A stretch of 23,515 nucleotides of DNA from positions 1 through 23,515 of the forward strand of contig CAZHRF010000016.1 of assembly GCA_964534625.1 (NCBI GenBank), read 5' to 3'. How positions within the stretch are numbered: position 1 is the stretch's first letter; every line of letters starts with the position of its first letter. Both the position numbers and the translations under genes were made by a program. Source of the stretch: an uncultured archaeon (GTDB lineage Archaea > Asgardarchaeota > Heimdallarchaeia > Heimdallarchaeales > Heimdallarchaeaceae). The notes below the pieces were generated by a model, which was not told the DNA's origin, searched no databases, and saw only the letters and a list, made by a program, of their open reading frames with translations. Positions 8,758 through 17,702 of the stretch are shown piece after piece.

Positions 8758-8764
8758 TTTTTTT
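8758..8764 (+). terminator. Oligo-T archaeal terminator after the C/D sRNA
   Basis: Seven consecutive T just after the sRNA terminal stem. Confidence 0.45.
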
Positions 8765-8783
8765 ACTCTTTAATGTGATCCCG

Positions 8784-9062
8784 ATGACAACTAAAAATAA
8801 TTTAGAAACTAACAAAAAAGAAAAATCACTCATCAAATGTGAAAATTGTGGAAAAGAATTAACTGAGGAAAGTGCAAATGAGTACTGGCAGATAAACAAA
8901 ATATCCTCAATGTTTGGTGCAAAAGAACTTCAAGAAAGGAAAATACAACTGTGCAATGAGTGCCTTAAGTATGAGAAAAGAAAAAATACTTGCATCAGTT
9001 TTGGTTTACTCATATTGTTTTTACTTGTAATAATTGGCAGTATACTAGTGGCCATAGGTTAG
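8784..9062 (+). CDS. Small zinc-finger protein with C-terminal transmembrane anchor
   Basis: CENC...CNEC pair followed by hydrophobic ISFGLLILFLLVIIGSILVAIG at the C-terminus. ATG 8784 preferred over GTG 8775. Confidence 0.7.
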   Translation: MTTKNNLETNKKEKSLIKCENCGKELTEESANEYWQINKISSMFGAKELQERKIQLCNECLKYEKRKNTCISFGLLILFLLVIIGSILVAIG

Positions 9063-9113
9063 AAATTTTAAGAATATTGGTAGTAATTAGACTTCTTTCT
9101 AAATTTTCTTCTT

Positions 9114-9995
9114 TCATAACTCTTCTTCTTCATTTATTTTATTGTTTTGCTTTGATCCCTCTGATTTTTTACTTATTTTTTCTAATTCTTCTTCCACATC
9201 TGTTCTGCATATTGGACATATATTTTTCTTAATTGAAATTATGGATCCACATGAAGGGCAAACCCTAGGTTCATCTTGCTCCTCATTCCAATCATAGGCT
9301 CCTTCAAAACTACCCATCCAACTTTGTTCTTTCCATTTTGAATATATTATTTCTCCATCTTCATCAAACAATTCAGAGAGGTCTATGCTTTCTTTTGCAG
9401 TAAGTTTTCGGTCTACAATTTTGTGATATAATAACATTATAAAGGGAAAAGTTATGATATGACCGATAAATAGAATTAATAGGAGATTGGATACCCAGAG
9501 TGATGAAGATAAAAACACACCAGATAGAATCATTAAAAAGAACATGCTAAAAGTCAAGGTAAAAATTTCAGCTGGGATGAATACTATTATACTATATAAA
9601 ACTAGTTTGAAAAAATCATTACTCAGAAAGTGTATTTTTTGCCAATTTGTAAAAGGTTTAATGTCTAACCAAAGTTCTCTGATTAATTCTTTAAATTCTT
9701 TAAAACTAATATTAGCAATAAATAATGAGAGAAATATGTTTATACTGGACAATAGAAGAAATAAAAGTAAACCAAACCAAGGATGTGAAGTGACGTATTC
9801 AAGTAGTGCAATAAAAAAGTTTTTTTCCACTTTAGAGTATAGGTCTTCTAATGATTTGGCTGTCATAAGTAGAATAATACTAAAAATTTCTTGAGTTAAG
9901 AATAGAACAAGAAAGTTCCCTAAAGCATAATTCCTTTTTTTAGTTGCCTTCTCAAATTTATCCCAAAAATATATGGTTTGTAAAATATTAATCAT
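9114..9995 (-). CDS. Membrane protein (about 4 TM) with C-terminal zinc ribbon
   Basis: Four hydrophobic segments, then CPSCG-x8-CPIC and a charged tail. Confidence 0.75.
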   Translation of the reverse strand: MINILQTIYFWDKFEKATKKRNYALGNFLVLFLTQEIFSIILLMTAKSLEDLYSKVEKNFFIALLEYVTSHPWFGLLLFLLLSSINIFLSLFIANISFKEFKELIRELWLDIKPFTNWQKIHFLSNDFFKLVLYSIIVFIPAEIFTLTFSMFFLMILSGVFLSSSLWVSNLLLILFIGHIITFPFIMLLYHKIVDRKLTAKESIDLSELFDEDGEIIYSKWKEQSWMGSFEGAYDWNEEQDEPRVCPSCGSIISIKKNICPICRTDVEEELEKISKKSEGSKQNNKINEEEEL

Positions 9996-10086
9996 TTAAG
10001 CACATTTCTTCTCTTGCAATATTAACCTTGTCTTATTTTTAAATAAAAATAGCTTTTTAAAAGCCTTTGATGATGGGTGACTAAGT

Positions 10087-11085
10087 ATGTTATCATTAGG
10101 AATAGAATGTTCAGCTGATAAACTCGGTATTGGAATAATTAATGAAAATGGACATATTCTTGCTAACACTAGACGCACTTACAAACCACCAACGGGCAGT
10201 GGTATTCACCCAAGAGAAGCTTCAGAGTTTCATGCATCAAATATGTCAAACACAATTCAAGCTTGTTTTGATGAAGGAAATGTTACACCAGATAATTTAG
10301 ACCTAGTCTCTTTTACAAAAGGTCCTGGTCTGGGTCCTTGTTTGAGAGTGGGTGCTGTAACAGCAAGAACTTTGGCTTTAAAGTTTAACATACCTCTTAT
10401 TGGTGTCAACCATCCAATAGCACATGTAGAAATAGGGCGTCTTGTGGGTAATCTTGATGATCCTGTTGTTTTATATGTATCTGGTGGAAATACACAAATT
10501 ATTGCATTCTCTAATGGGCGATATCGTGTTTTTGGAGAAACTTTGGACATACCTGTAGGAAACTGTTTGGATGTTTTTGGGAGGAATGCTGGTTTAAGTG
10601 ATAAAAACATGCCAATGGGTAGAGTAATTGAGCTAAAAGCACTAAAAGGCAATCAATATGTTCCTATTCCCTATGTGATTAAAGGGATGGATGTCTCTTT
10701 TTCAGGTATCCTTACACATGTTACTCGTCTATTGGAACAAGAAAAAAACACGATTTACGATCTAGCTTTTAGTCTACAAGAAACGGCATTCTCTATGCTA
10801 GTAGAAGTCACAGAACGAGCTTTAGCCCACACAAAAAAAGAGGAAATTTTAGTATGTGGAGGTGTCGCAGCAAATGTAAGATTGAAAGAAATGTTGAATA
10901 TAATGGCTGAGTCTCACAATGCTGTTTTTAGGGGGTTAAAAAGCGATTTAGCTATTGATAACGGGGTTATGATAGCTTGGTTGGGTTTGCAAATGTTTAA
11001 TTCTGGAACTAGAATGGATATACAAGATACAATAGTAGACCAACATTTTCGTCCAGAAGATGTTGAGGTTACATGGAGAACATAG
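10087..11085 (+). CDS. kae1: tRNA N6-adenosine threonylcarbamoyltransferase Kae1 (KEOPS)
   Basis: LGIECSA, GIHPREA, GPGLGPCL, NHPIAHVEIG, LYVSGGNTQ, FGETLDI, GMDVSFSG, LQETAFSMLVEVTERA, GGVAAN, DNGVMIA. Confidence 0.96.
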   Translation: MLSLGIECSADKLGIGIINENGHILANTRRTYKPPTGSGIHPREASEFHASNMSNTIQACFDEGNVTPDNLDLVSFTKGPGLGPCLRVGAVTARTLALKFNIPLIGVNHPIAHVEIGRLVGNLDDPVVLYVSGGNTQIIAFSNGRYRVFGETLDIPVGNCLDVFGRNAGLSDKNMPMGRVIELKALKGNQYVPIPYVIKGMDVSFSGILTHVTRLLEQEKNTIYDLAFSLQETAFSMLVEVTERALAHTKKEEILVCGGVAANVRLKEMLNIMAESHNAVFRGLKSDLAIDNGVMIAWLGLQMFNSGTRMDIQDTIVDQHFRPEDVEVTWRT

Positions 11086-11087
11086 TA

Positions 11088-12389
11088 ATGGTTGACAAAA
11101 AGAGAGCAGTTATCTTTGAATGTAACAAAAATAATTTTTATAGTTTCGCATCAATAATTGCCATAGTAGATAAGGATCCAAATTTGGAACCTTTAGATAA
11201 GAAAATTATAGATCAGGTTACTATATCTAAACTTAGGCGGAATCTGAAAAAATATTCAAAAATTATTGTTGCCTCTTCATTTCGAACTGCGCAAATAGGT
11301 GATGTCTACACTAATATGTCTAAATTTTATAATACCTTGTCCAAAGACGAATTAAAACGCGTACTATTCGTTGCTGGAGGAAGCCATGCTACTGGAGACC
11401 CAGAAAGTACACTAAAATTAGGATATGATTATGCATTTATTGGAGAGGGAGAATATGCTTTTCCCGTATTTTTAAGAAATTTTCTGGAAGGATATGATAT
11501 AAAAAGCACTCCTAATGTGGCATTTCTTGAGCAAAACAATGTAGTTCGTAAACCTTTGGCACCATTAATTGATCTTGATAGTTATCCCATTATTTCAAAG
11601 ACAAGAAAACTTTTTCCCCCTTTAGAAATAACAAGAGGCTGCGTATTTGGATGCAAATTCTGTCAAGTTCCAAGCATGTTTAATAAAAAGATAAGACATA
11701 GAAGTCCTGAAATTATTTTTGAAATAATTAAGTGGATGGCAAAAAACAACCTATATGATATACGATTTATTACTCCAAATTCGTTTGGTTACCTCTCTGA
11801 TCATCCTACTAAAGTTAATATTGACGCAATAGAATATCTATTGAAAACGATAAAGCAAACTGCCGGTATAAGGGATGTTTATTATGGGACGTTTCCTGGT
11901 GAGGTCAGACCTGAAACAGTATCTGAAGAATTATTAAAAAGAGTTAAACCATACATAGCCAATAGACGAATAGCAATTGGTCTACAGACAGGAAGCGAAA
12001 AAGTACTTAAAGACATTGCTAGAGGTCACACGCTAAAGGAAGGGATTAAAGCTATTACCAGTTTAAGAGAAAATGGCTTTCGACCAGTTGTTGATTTCAT
12101 ATTTGGATTACCTACTGCTACAATTGAGGATGAAATGCAATCAATAGATGTAATAAAGCAGTTAGTTAAAAAAGGAGATAAGGTAAGGTTACATACCTTT
12201 ATGCCTTTACCAGGTACCATATATAAAAACGAAAAATATTGTACAGTTCCAAGAAAAATAAGACAAGAATTAGGACATATTGCTAATTCTGGTAAACTAG
12301 AAGGTGGTTGGACACATCAAATAACTTATGCAGAAAAAACTTGGAAGCTAATACGTAAAATTAAATCCTCTCCTGTTATTACTCGATAA
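11088..12389 (+). CDS. B12-binding domain / radical SAM protein (resembles TIGR04013, MJ1487 family)
   Basis: N-terminal cobalamin-binding signature VAGGSHATGDPE...DYAFIGEGE; EITRGCVFGCKFCQ (CxxxCxxC); IRFITPNSFGY, YGTFPGEVRPE, VDFIFGLP, HTFMPLPGT. ATG 11088 lies 2 nt after the kae1 stop; the track start is 11073. Confidence 0.88.
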   Translation: MVDKKRAVIFECNKNNFYSFASIIAIVDKDPNLEPLDKKIIDQVTISKLRRNLKKYSKIIVASSFRTAQIGDVYTNMSKFYNTLSKDELKRVLFVAGGSHATGDPESTLKLGYDYAFIGEGEYAFPVFLRNFLEGYDIKSTPNVAFLEQNNVVRKPLAPLIDLDSYPIISKTRKLFPPLEITRGCVFGCKFCQVPSMFNKKIRHRSPEIIFEIIKWMAKNNLYDIRFITPNSFGYLSDHPTKVNIDAIEYLLKTIKQTAGIRDVYYGTFPGEVRPETVSEELLKRVKPYIANRRIAIGLQTGSEKVLKDIARGHTLKEGIKAITSLRENGFRPVVDFIFGLPTATIEDEMQSIDVIKQLVKKGDKVRLHTFMPLPGTIYKNEKYCTVPRKIRQELGHIANSGKLEGGWTHQITYAEKTWKLIRKIKSSPVITR

Positions 12390-13053
12390 AATATTTTTGT
12401 TTAATCTCTTCTTTTGAAAGATGCCTTGCTCTTGCTTCTACTGTAATTGCACGTTTAAATATCGTCTTGGCTTTAGGATTAAGTGCTTGATATCCTTGCT
12501 GAAAGGACCTAAAATAGTCATTGGCATGACTTGTATGTGTGCTTACTAGACATTTTTTCATAAGTAAAAGATCTACTGCTTTATCTTCGATTGCTCGTGA
12601 TATTTTACCTAATCCAAAATCAATAAAATATAAGTTGTCTTTTTGTAAAATAATGTTACTTGTGGTAAGATCACCGTGAATAACATTGTTTTTATGGAGA
12701 ATACCTATATTTTCGCCAATTCTCTTCATAGTAAGATTTTTTTTGGTGCTGTTTTCAGTTGATTCCAGATATGATTTAATAGTCTTGCCTGTAATTTCTT
12801 CCATAACTATTGTAGTATTTTCTAAATCTATTACAAAAACAATTGGTGTTTTAACACCTGCTTTTTTGGCATCTATCAATAATTTTGCTTCTACAGCTGT
12901 TCGTGATTTTCTCAATTTTTCATCAATTTCTGGAATTCTATAATCCTTTTTTACTCTAATTTTTTTTAGTACATTAAATCCGAAAAAAACATCTTTTATT
13001 AATATGGCTTCTGCACCCCATTTTTTTGCTTTAGATACTTGCTTGGAATTCAT
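12379..13053 (-). CDS. bud32: KEOPS kinase/ATPase Bud32
   Basis: GAEA, KIRVKKDYR...D..LR..RT..EA, IHGDLTTSN, IDFGL, EDKAVDL. Its 3' end overlaps the radical SAM gene by 11 bp. Confidence 0.95.
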   Translation of the reverse strand: MNSKQVSKAKKWGAEAILIKDVFFGFNVLKKIRVKKDYRIPEIDEKLRKSRTAVEAKLLIDAKKAGVKTPIVFVIDLENTTIVMEEITGKTIKSYLESTENSTKKNLTMKRIGENIGILHKNNVIHGDLTTSNIILQKDNLYFIDFGLGKISRAIEDKAVDLLLMKKCLVSTHTSHANDYFRSFQQGYQALNPKAKTIFKRAITVEARARHLSKEEIKQKYFIE

Positions 13054-13057
13054 GTTA

Positions 13058-14098
13058 TCACTTGGTCTTTTTCTTAAGATTTTTTAATGCCGGAATAATA
13101 TCATCTCCCTTTGGTTCATCCAACTTATTACCTTTGTTATCTCTTAGGATGCCTTGTTCTTCAGTTACCTCTCCAATTATAGTATTGGGTATTTGACACG
13201 AATCGAGATATTTCTTTATACTTTCAACCTTATCTGATTTTGTTGAGACAATTAATGCACCTGATGAAATTAGGTAATAAGGATTGAAATCAAGCCATTT
13301 AGCTAGTTTTTTAGTCAAATCCAATACAGGCGGTTCATTGTAGAGTTTTATACCATATTTTGTATATTTTATCAGTTCATATAATCCTCCATAAAGACCA
13401 CCTTCTGTGACATCATGAAAGAGGGCGGGTTTAAACTTTTTATTTAAATCTAATACTATTTCCATAACACTAATTTTTGATCCTATCTCTTTGGCTTGTT
13501 TGATCTCTTTTTTATCAAGAATGTCATTAATGATTTCTTTTGAAGAATCAACAATTATCCCAATTCCTTCACTTCCTATGTTTCCAATTACTAATATCTT
13601 ATGTCCTAACTGAAGCATATTCGGGACTAAGTATTGTTCGGGTACAAAACCAATCATATGACCAGAAACGATGGGGGTATTAACAACAGAAGAAATCTCT
13701 GTGTGCCCTCCTAATACGGAAATTCCGAATTCTTGACATTTCTCGCTTATTTGTTTTTGTATTTCTACTATATCAGAATATTGGTAATTAGGTGGTACGA
13801 TAATTGTAGCTAAAAACCCATAAGGAACACCGCCTGTACATACTATGTCATTTGAATTTACAATAACAGCATATGTACCTGGTTCCGCTGTGGGAAAAGT
13901 AATGGGGTCTGATTTTTCAACAAGATGAATATTGTCTTGTGCATTATATACATTCTTAACTACTTTAATTGCTTCTTTTATGTTAATCACTGCAGCATCA
14001 GATCCCACTGACCCATTCTTAATTATTCCTGGATTGTCGGATCCCTTTAATTTTAATAAGGCTTTTAGTTGTTTAAGTGGTAATTTGCCCTCTTGCAT
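13058..14098 (-). CDS. AIR synthase-related (PurM/HypE/ThiL-fold) ATP-utilising protein
   Basis: GKLP, GSDAAV, SDPITF, NSNDI, GGHTE, HDVTEGGL, ISSGAL; ends 4 nt upstream of bud32 on the same strand. Confidence 0.85.
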   Translation of the reverse strand: MQEGKLPLKQLKALLKLKGSDNPGIIKNGSVGSDAAVINIKEAIKVVKNVYNAQDNIHLVEKSDPITFPTAEPGTYAVIVNSNDIVCTGGVPYGFLATIIVPPNYQYSDIVEIQKQISEKCQEFGISVLGGHTEISSVVNTPIVSGHMIGFVPEQYLVPNMLQLGHKILVIGNIGSEGIGIIVDSSKEIINDILDKKEIKQAKEIGSKISVMEIVLDLNKKFKPALFHDVTEGGLYGGLYELIKYTKYGIKLYNEPPVLDLTKKLAKWLDFNPYYLISSGALIVSTKSDKVESIKKYLDSCQIPNTIIGEVTEEQGILRDNKGNKLDEPKGDDIIPALKNLKKKTK

Positions 14099-14326
14099 TA
14101 ATTGGGTGATTGAATAAATATAAAAAAAGGTTGTTATTTACCATTCTTGAATTATATGTAAAAAACAAAAAGTAGTTATCCATTTGTGGTATTTTCCCAA
14201 ATCTATTTACTAGTACTAAAAAAGGTAATACAATAAATGCAATCTTTGTATAATTTTTTTGAAAATATATATATAACTGTGTTTACAATTGTAATACAAG
14301 ATATTAACTTAAAGGAGACGATATGT

Positions 14327-15088
14327 GTGCCTAGACCAGCTTCATTTATTGGTGGTGCTTTAACTGCCATAGGAATTTTTGGTATTATAGTAGATATAAT
14401 TCAACTTACAGATAATTATTGGTGGCTTTTATTCTATCTTGGGATAGGTTTGTTAGGAGGCCTTGCTACAGGTTCAGTCACAGCAACACATAAAACTGAA
14501 GAACAAAATGCTTATTTGACAACATCAGGTTTTATGGTAGCTAGTTTGATATTTTTAACCGTTTTTTTGATAATCTGGGAAAAAGATTTTTATGCTATTA
14601 ATGCAGTTATCGACGGTCTTTTAGTGATTATAATTGCTGCTTTATCTTCCTTTTTAACATTTATTGGTACTGTTATGATGTCAATACCTGAACAAAGTAG
14701 AAGAAATAAATCGAATGTTCAACCAGCATCATTTATCGGAAGTTTCTTCACAGCAGGAGGTCTTTTTACTATATCATTAATTACTGTACGTTATACTGAT
14801 GGCTATTGGTGGTTTCTCTTTTTTATAGCGATAGGAATAATTGGCGGATTTTCTGCAGGTTCTGTTAGCGCTGTATTCCGAGAGGAACAAAAAAATGCTT
14901 ACTTAACCTTTACTGGGTTTATGTTAGCTGCCCTTATACTTCTTACATTATTTTTAGCTATATGGGCTAATGATGGTCCACTCACAGTAGTTTTTGATAG
15001 TAAAAGTGTTCCTGTATTGATCGCAGGAGGATCGGGACTAGCTATCTTCATAGGAACAGCTATGATGACAATAAGAAAAGGGAGATAG
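14327..15088 (+). CDS. Internally duplicated multi-pass membrane protein (2 x ~4 TM)
   Basis: Two ~125-aa repeats (PASFIG...TD.YWW.LF...IG..GG...GSV.A....E..NAYLT..GFM.A.LI.LT.FL.IW..D) offset by 129 codons. GTG 14327 follows an AAGGAG SD at 14312-14317; the track start is 14237. Confidence 0.8.
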   Translation: MPRPASFIGGALTAIGIFGIIVDIIQLTDNYWWLLFYLGIGLLGGLATGSVTATHKTEEQNAYLTTSGFMVASLIFLTVFLIIWEKDFYAINAVIDGLLVIIIAALSSFLTFIGTVMMSIPEQSRRNKSNVQPASFIGSFFTAGGLFTISLITVRYTDGYWWFLFFIAIGIIGGFSAGSVSAVFREEQKNAYLTFTGFMLAALILLTLFLAIWANDGPLTVVFDSKSVPVLIAGGSGLAIFIGTAMMTIRKGR

Positions 15089-15238
15089 ATATTAAATATT
15101 ATTTTAATATCCCTTTTAGCATTTTTTTTATTTTCATCATCAATTATATTTATCTCCAGAGAGAGCAAAAAGTTTTTTTATCTTCTAATCTTTTTTCACT
15201 AGGTAAAAGTTATAAAAGTGAAAAAAGGATAGGTAATT

Positions 15239-16411
15239 ATGAGTGAAAAAAGATACTTTCATCCAGGTCAATTTTTTAAATTAGAGTCTTTGATTTCCAC
15301 AGTTCTCGGATTAGGGGTAATCTTTGTTACAGAATATCTCTTGCCTTCTATGGATATTAATACTACATTATATGATTTTATTCCAGAATTAATAACACCA
15401 ACATTATTTACTCTAACATTAACTGTTATTCTTCTGGCTTCAACCAATGCAAAAAATATTATCGCATCGCTTCTGCTTGGAATTAGTGCAAGTCTTATGT
15501 TCTATAATCCAAGTTATATGATAGACGAGTTAACATCTTTAGATGTTGGCTGGGGTGCAGTTCTAATAATGTATGTTACATTTGCTGTTTTTGCTGGTTT
15601 CTTTGCATGCCAAAAAATGACAGGAAAAAACGGATTAAGAACCATTGGTGTTGTTTTTGGTGCTCAAGGTCTTATAGGTGCAGGAGCGGGTTTATTCCTG
15701 TTCTTAAATGAATCCTATAGACCCATATGGAATAATACTGATATTGACATAGCCATCGGTGATTTAACATTTGCTGAACTTACAGGTACATTTCCATTAA
15801 TGAGTACAATAATGTTGTCAATCTCTCTCATCTATTTACTGGTTTTTGTATTTGTACTGGCACGGATAAATTATACAATATCTACTGATAGCAAAAAATT
15901 TGAAATAATAGGACAAATCATCATATTTTTAGGATTAGCTGGTGGATTAATTGCATGTATATTCCTAGGCAAAGCAATAAACCAAGATACAGTTCAAGAT
16001 ACCATAGGTGCTAGAGATTTGGCATTTTTAAATAATGTATTCACAAAATCATATGAGGGTAACTTAAGGTTATTAGAACTATTCAGTGTTTTTTATATAC
16101 TCCCAATTGTTGGGTTCATCGTTGGGGTGGGTCTCTTTTTAATCATCCTACAGCGTGCAGAAGGAACCACAGAAGACTTTAGTTTTAATCAAGAAGGCGG
16201 ATTTCTAATCACAACCGCTCCTGCTATAATGATAACATTTGCATTTAGCTATACATGGTATGTTATGGGAGCATTTGATTTTTACCTGAAAATGGAAACA
16301 TGGTATTTCTTATTTACTGAATATACGATATTAGTACTAGGAAACTTTATCCTTGCTTTCTTGTTATTTAAAATAGTCAGCTTGATAAAATCAATAGTTA
16401 AGAAAGAGTAA
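15239..16411 (+). CDS. Hypothetical multi-pass membrane protein (~10 TM)
   Basis: 390-aa ORF of alternating hydrophobic segments; AGGT SD-like sequence upstream; no family recognised. Confidence 0.75.
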   Translation: MSEKRYFHPGQFFKLESLISTVLGLGVIFVTEYLLPSMDINTTLYDFIPELITPTLFTLTLTVILLASTNAKNIIASLLLGISASLMFYNPSYMIDELTSLDVGWGAVLIMYVTFAVFAGFFACQKMTGKNGLRTIGVVFGAQGLIGAGAGLFLFLNESYRPIWNNTDIDIAIGDLTFAELTGTFPLMSTIMLSISLIYLLVFVFVLARINYTISTDSKKFEIIGQIIIFLGLAGGLIACIFLGKAINQDTVQDTIGARDLAFLNNVFTKSYEGNLRLLELFSVFYILPIVGFIVGVGLFLIILQRAEGTTEDFSFNQEGGFLITTAPAIMITFAFSYTWYVMGAFDFYLKMETWYFLFTEYTILVLGNFILAFLLFKIVSLIKSIVKKE

Positions 16412-16478
16412 AAATAGGCTCCTTATTTCCCTTTTTTTTATTTTTGTTACTAAACTTAATAGTTACTGTGGTATTTTT

Positions 16479-17702
16479 TTATCCTTCTATTTTAACATTC
16501 TCTACTTCTTTACTGAGCTGATTCAATAATTTTTCTTTCAATTTAGAATTTAATCCAAACAAATGAGCTCGCCCTTTTTTCCCCTTAATCACTACAACGT
16601 TTTTATCTCTCAATCTTTTCAAAAAACTTTTAGTTCCCATATATTTGCTTCTATATTCTGCAGTGGATAGTTCTCCATAAAGATAATGAGTAATTTCTTT
16701 AGCTGTTGCATCGCCGTGTAATAAAAATTCAGCTACTTGTCTCTCTCTATTGGGAAAGTTATTTAATGCTTGTTGAATAAGAAATCTATCATAGTCCTCT
16801 CTTCCTGCTGTACTGGAAGATCTTGAGAACATTTCGTTTACAATCATTATCTCTTTTTGTTCTATGTTTTTTACATCTTGATTTTGTATATAGGAATGTG
16901 CATCAGCTAAAATAGATATTAACACCCATGGATTACCATTTGAGAAAATCCAAGCCGTTTCTATTGCTTTTTTTGATATAAATTTCGATACATCAAAATT
17001 TGTCATGTTCATTCCATAACTCAATCTTTTTTTGATTATTGTAAATGCGTCATTCAAAGATAACTCTGGTATTCTGAAATAATAACTAAAATTGTTATAA
17101 CCACCCTCATTAATCGCCTCAAAACAGCCATTTAACTGATGAGATTTGCAACTTACAACCACAGATAAATGTTTTTTCAATAATTTTAATAGCTTTGTTG
17201 AATCCACGACAATTTTTTGGAGGGATTCATTAAAGTTATCTATAAATATTACGATTAAGGAATTCGTATCTTCAACATAATTCTTTAATTCAACAATTAT
17301 TTGCTCTTTGGATGTATAATGTTTTCCAAGTACATCTTCAGAAATCTTTTGCATGTAGTTAGTTAAACTGTAATGATCAAACATATTGGGCGAAAAATAC
17401 AAGACAAAGATTTTTTTGTACCCTCCACCATATTTCCATAATACCTCTTCTATACCCTCTCTTAAGATATTAATAAGGAAGGATTTTCCGGATTTAAAAT
17501 CACCTAGTATGGCAGATATTGTCTTTCCTTCACTTAAGACATCGATTAATCTTGCAATTTTTTCATGTATCCCTTCTGGTGGTACATATAAATCTGGAAT
17601 GTAATCCATCATCCACGGGTCTCTTAAAAATTCTCTACTTTTAATATCTGTTTTAATATCGATATATTCTGAGATATTGAAAATTTTTTCCATTAAGCCC
17701 AT
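16479..17702 (-). CDS. P-loop AAA+/STAND-like ATPase with C-terminal winged HTH (Cdc6/Orc1- or ExeA-like architecture)
   Basis: Walker A GDFKSGKS, Walker B-like IVIFIDN, helical lid with SNGNP, C-terminal HTH-like region (NRERQVAEFL...ATAKEI...FLKRLRDKNVV...GRAHLFGL). Confidence 0.7.
   Translation of the reverse strand: MGLMEKIFNISEYIDIKTDIKSREFLRDPWMMDYIPDLYVPPEGIHEKIARLIDVLSEGKTISAILGDFKSGKSFLINILREGIEEVLWKYGGGYKKIFVLYFSPNMFDHYSLTNYMQKISEDVLGKHYTSKEQIIVELKNYVEDTNSLIVIFIDNFNESLQKIVVDSTKLLKLLKKHLSVVVSCKSHQLNGCFEAINEGGYNNFSYYFRIPELSLNDAFTIIKKRLSYGMNMTNFDVSKFISKKAIETAWIFSNGNPWVLISILADAHSYIQNQDVKNIEQKEIMIVNEMFSRSSSTAGREDYDRFLIQQALNNFPNRERQVAEFLLHGDATAKEITHYLYGELSTAEYRSKYMGTKSFLKRLRDKNVVVIKGKKGRAHLFGLNSKLKEKLLNQLSKEVENVKIEG

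Noticed and set aside
10067-10082. TGATGA...TGA as a K-turn in the kae1 5' UTR
   Set aside because: No CUGA box or supporting stem; GGGTGA is explained as the Shine-Dalgarno.
11088-12389. Radical SAM protein as the methylthiotransferase MtaB/MiaB
   Set aside because: No UPF0004 Cys motifs or TRAM domain are visible; it has a B12-binding-type N-terminus instead.
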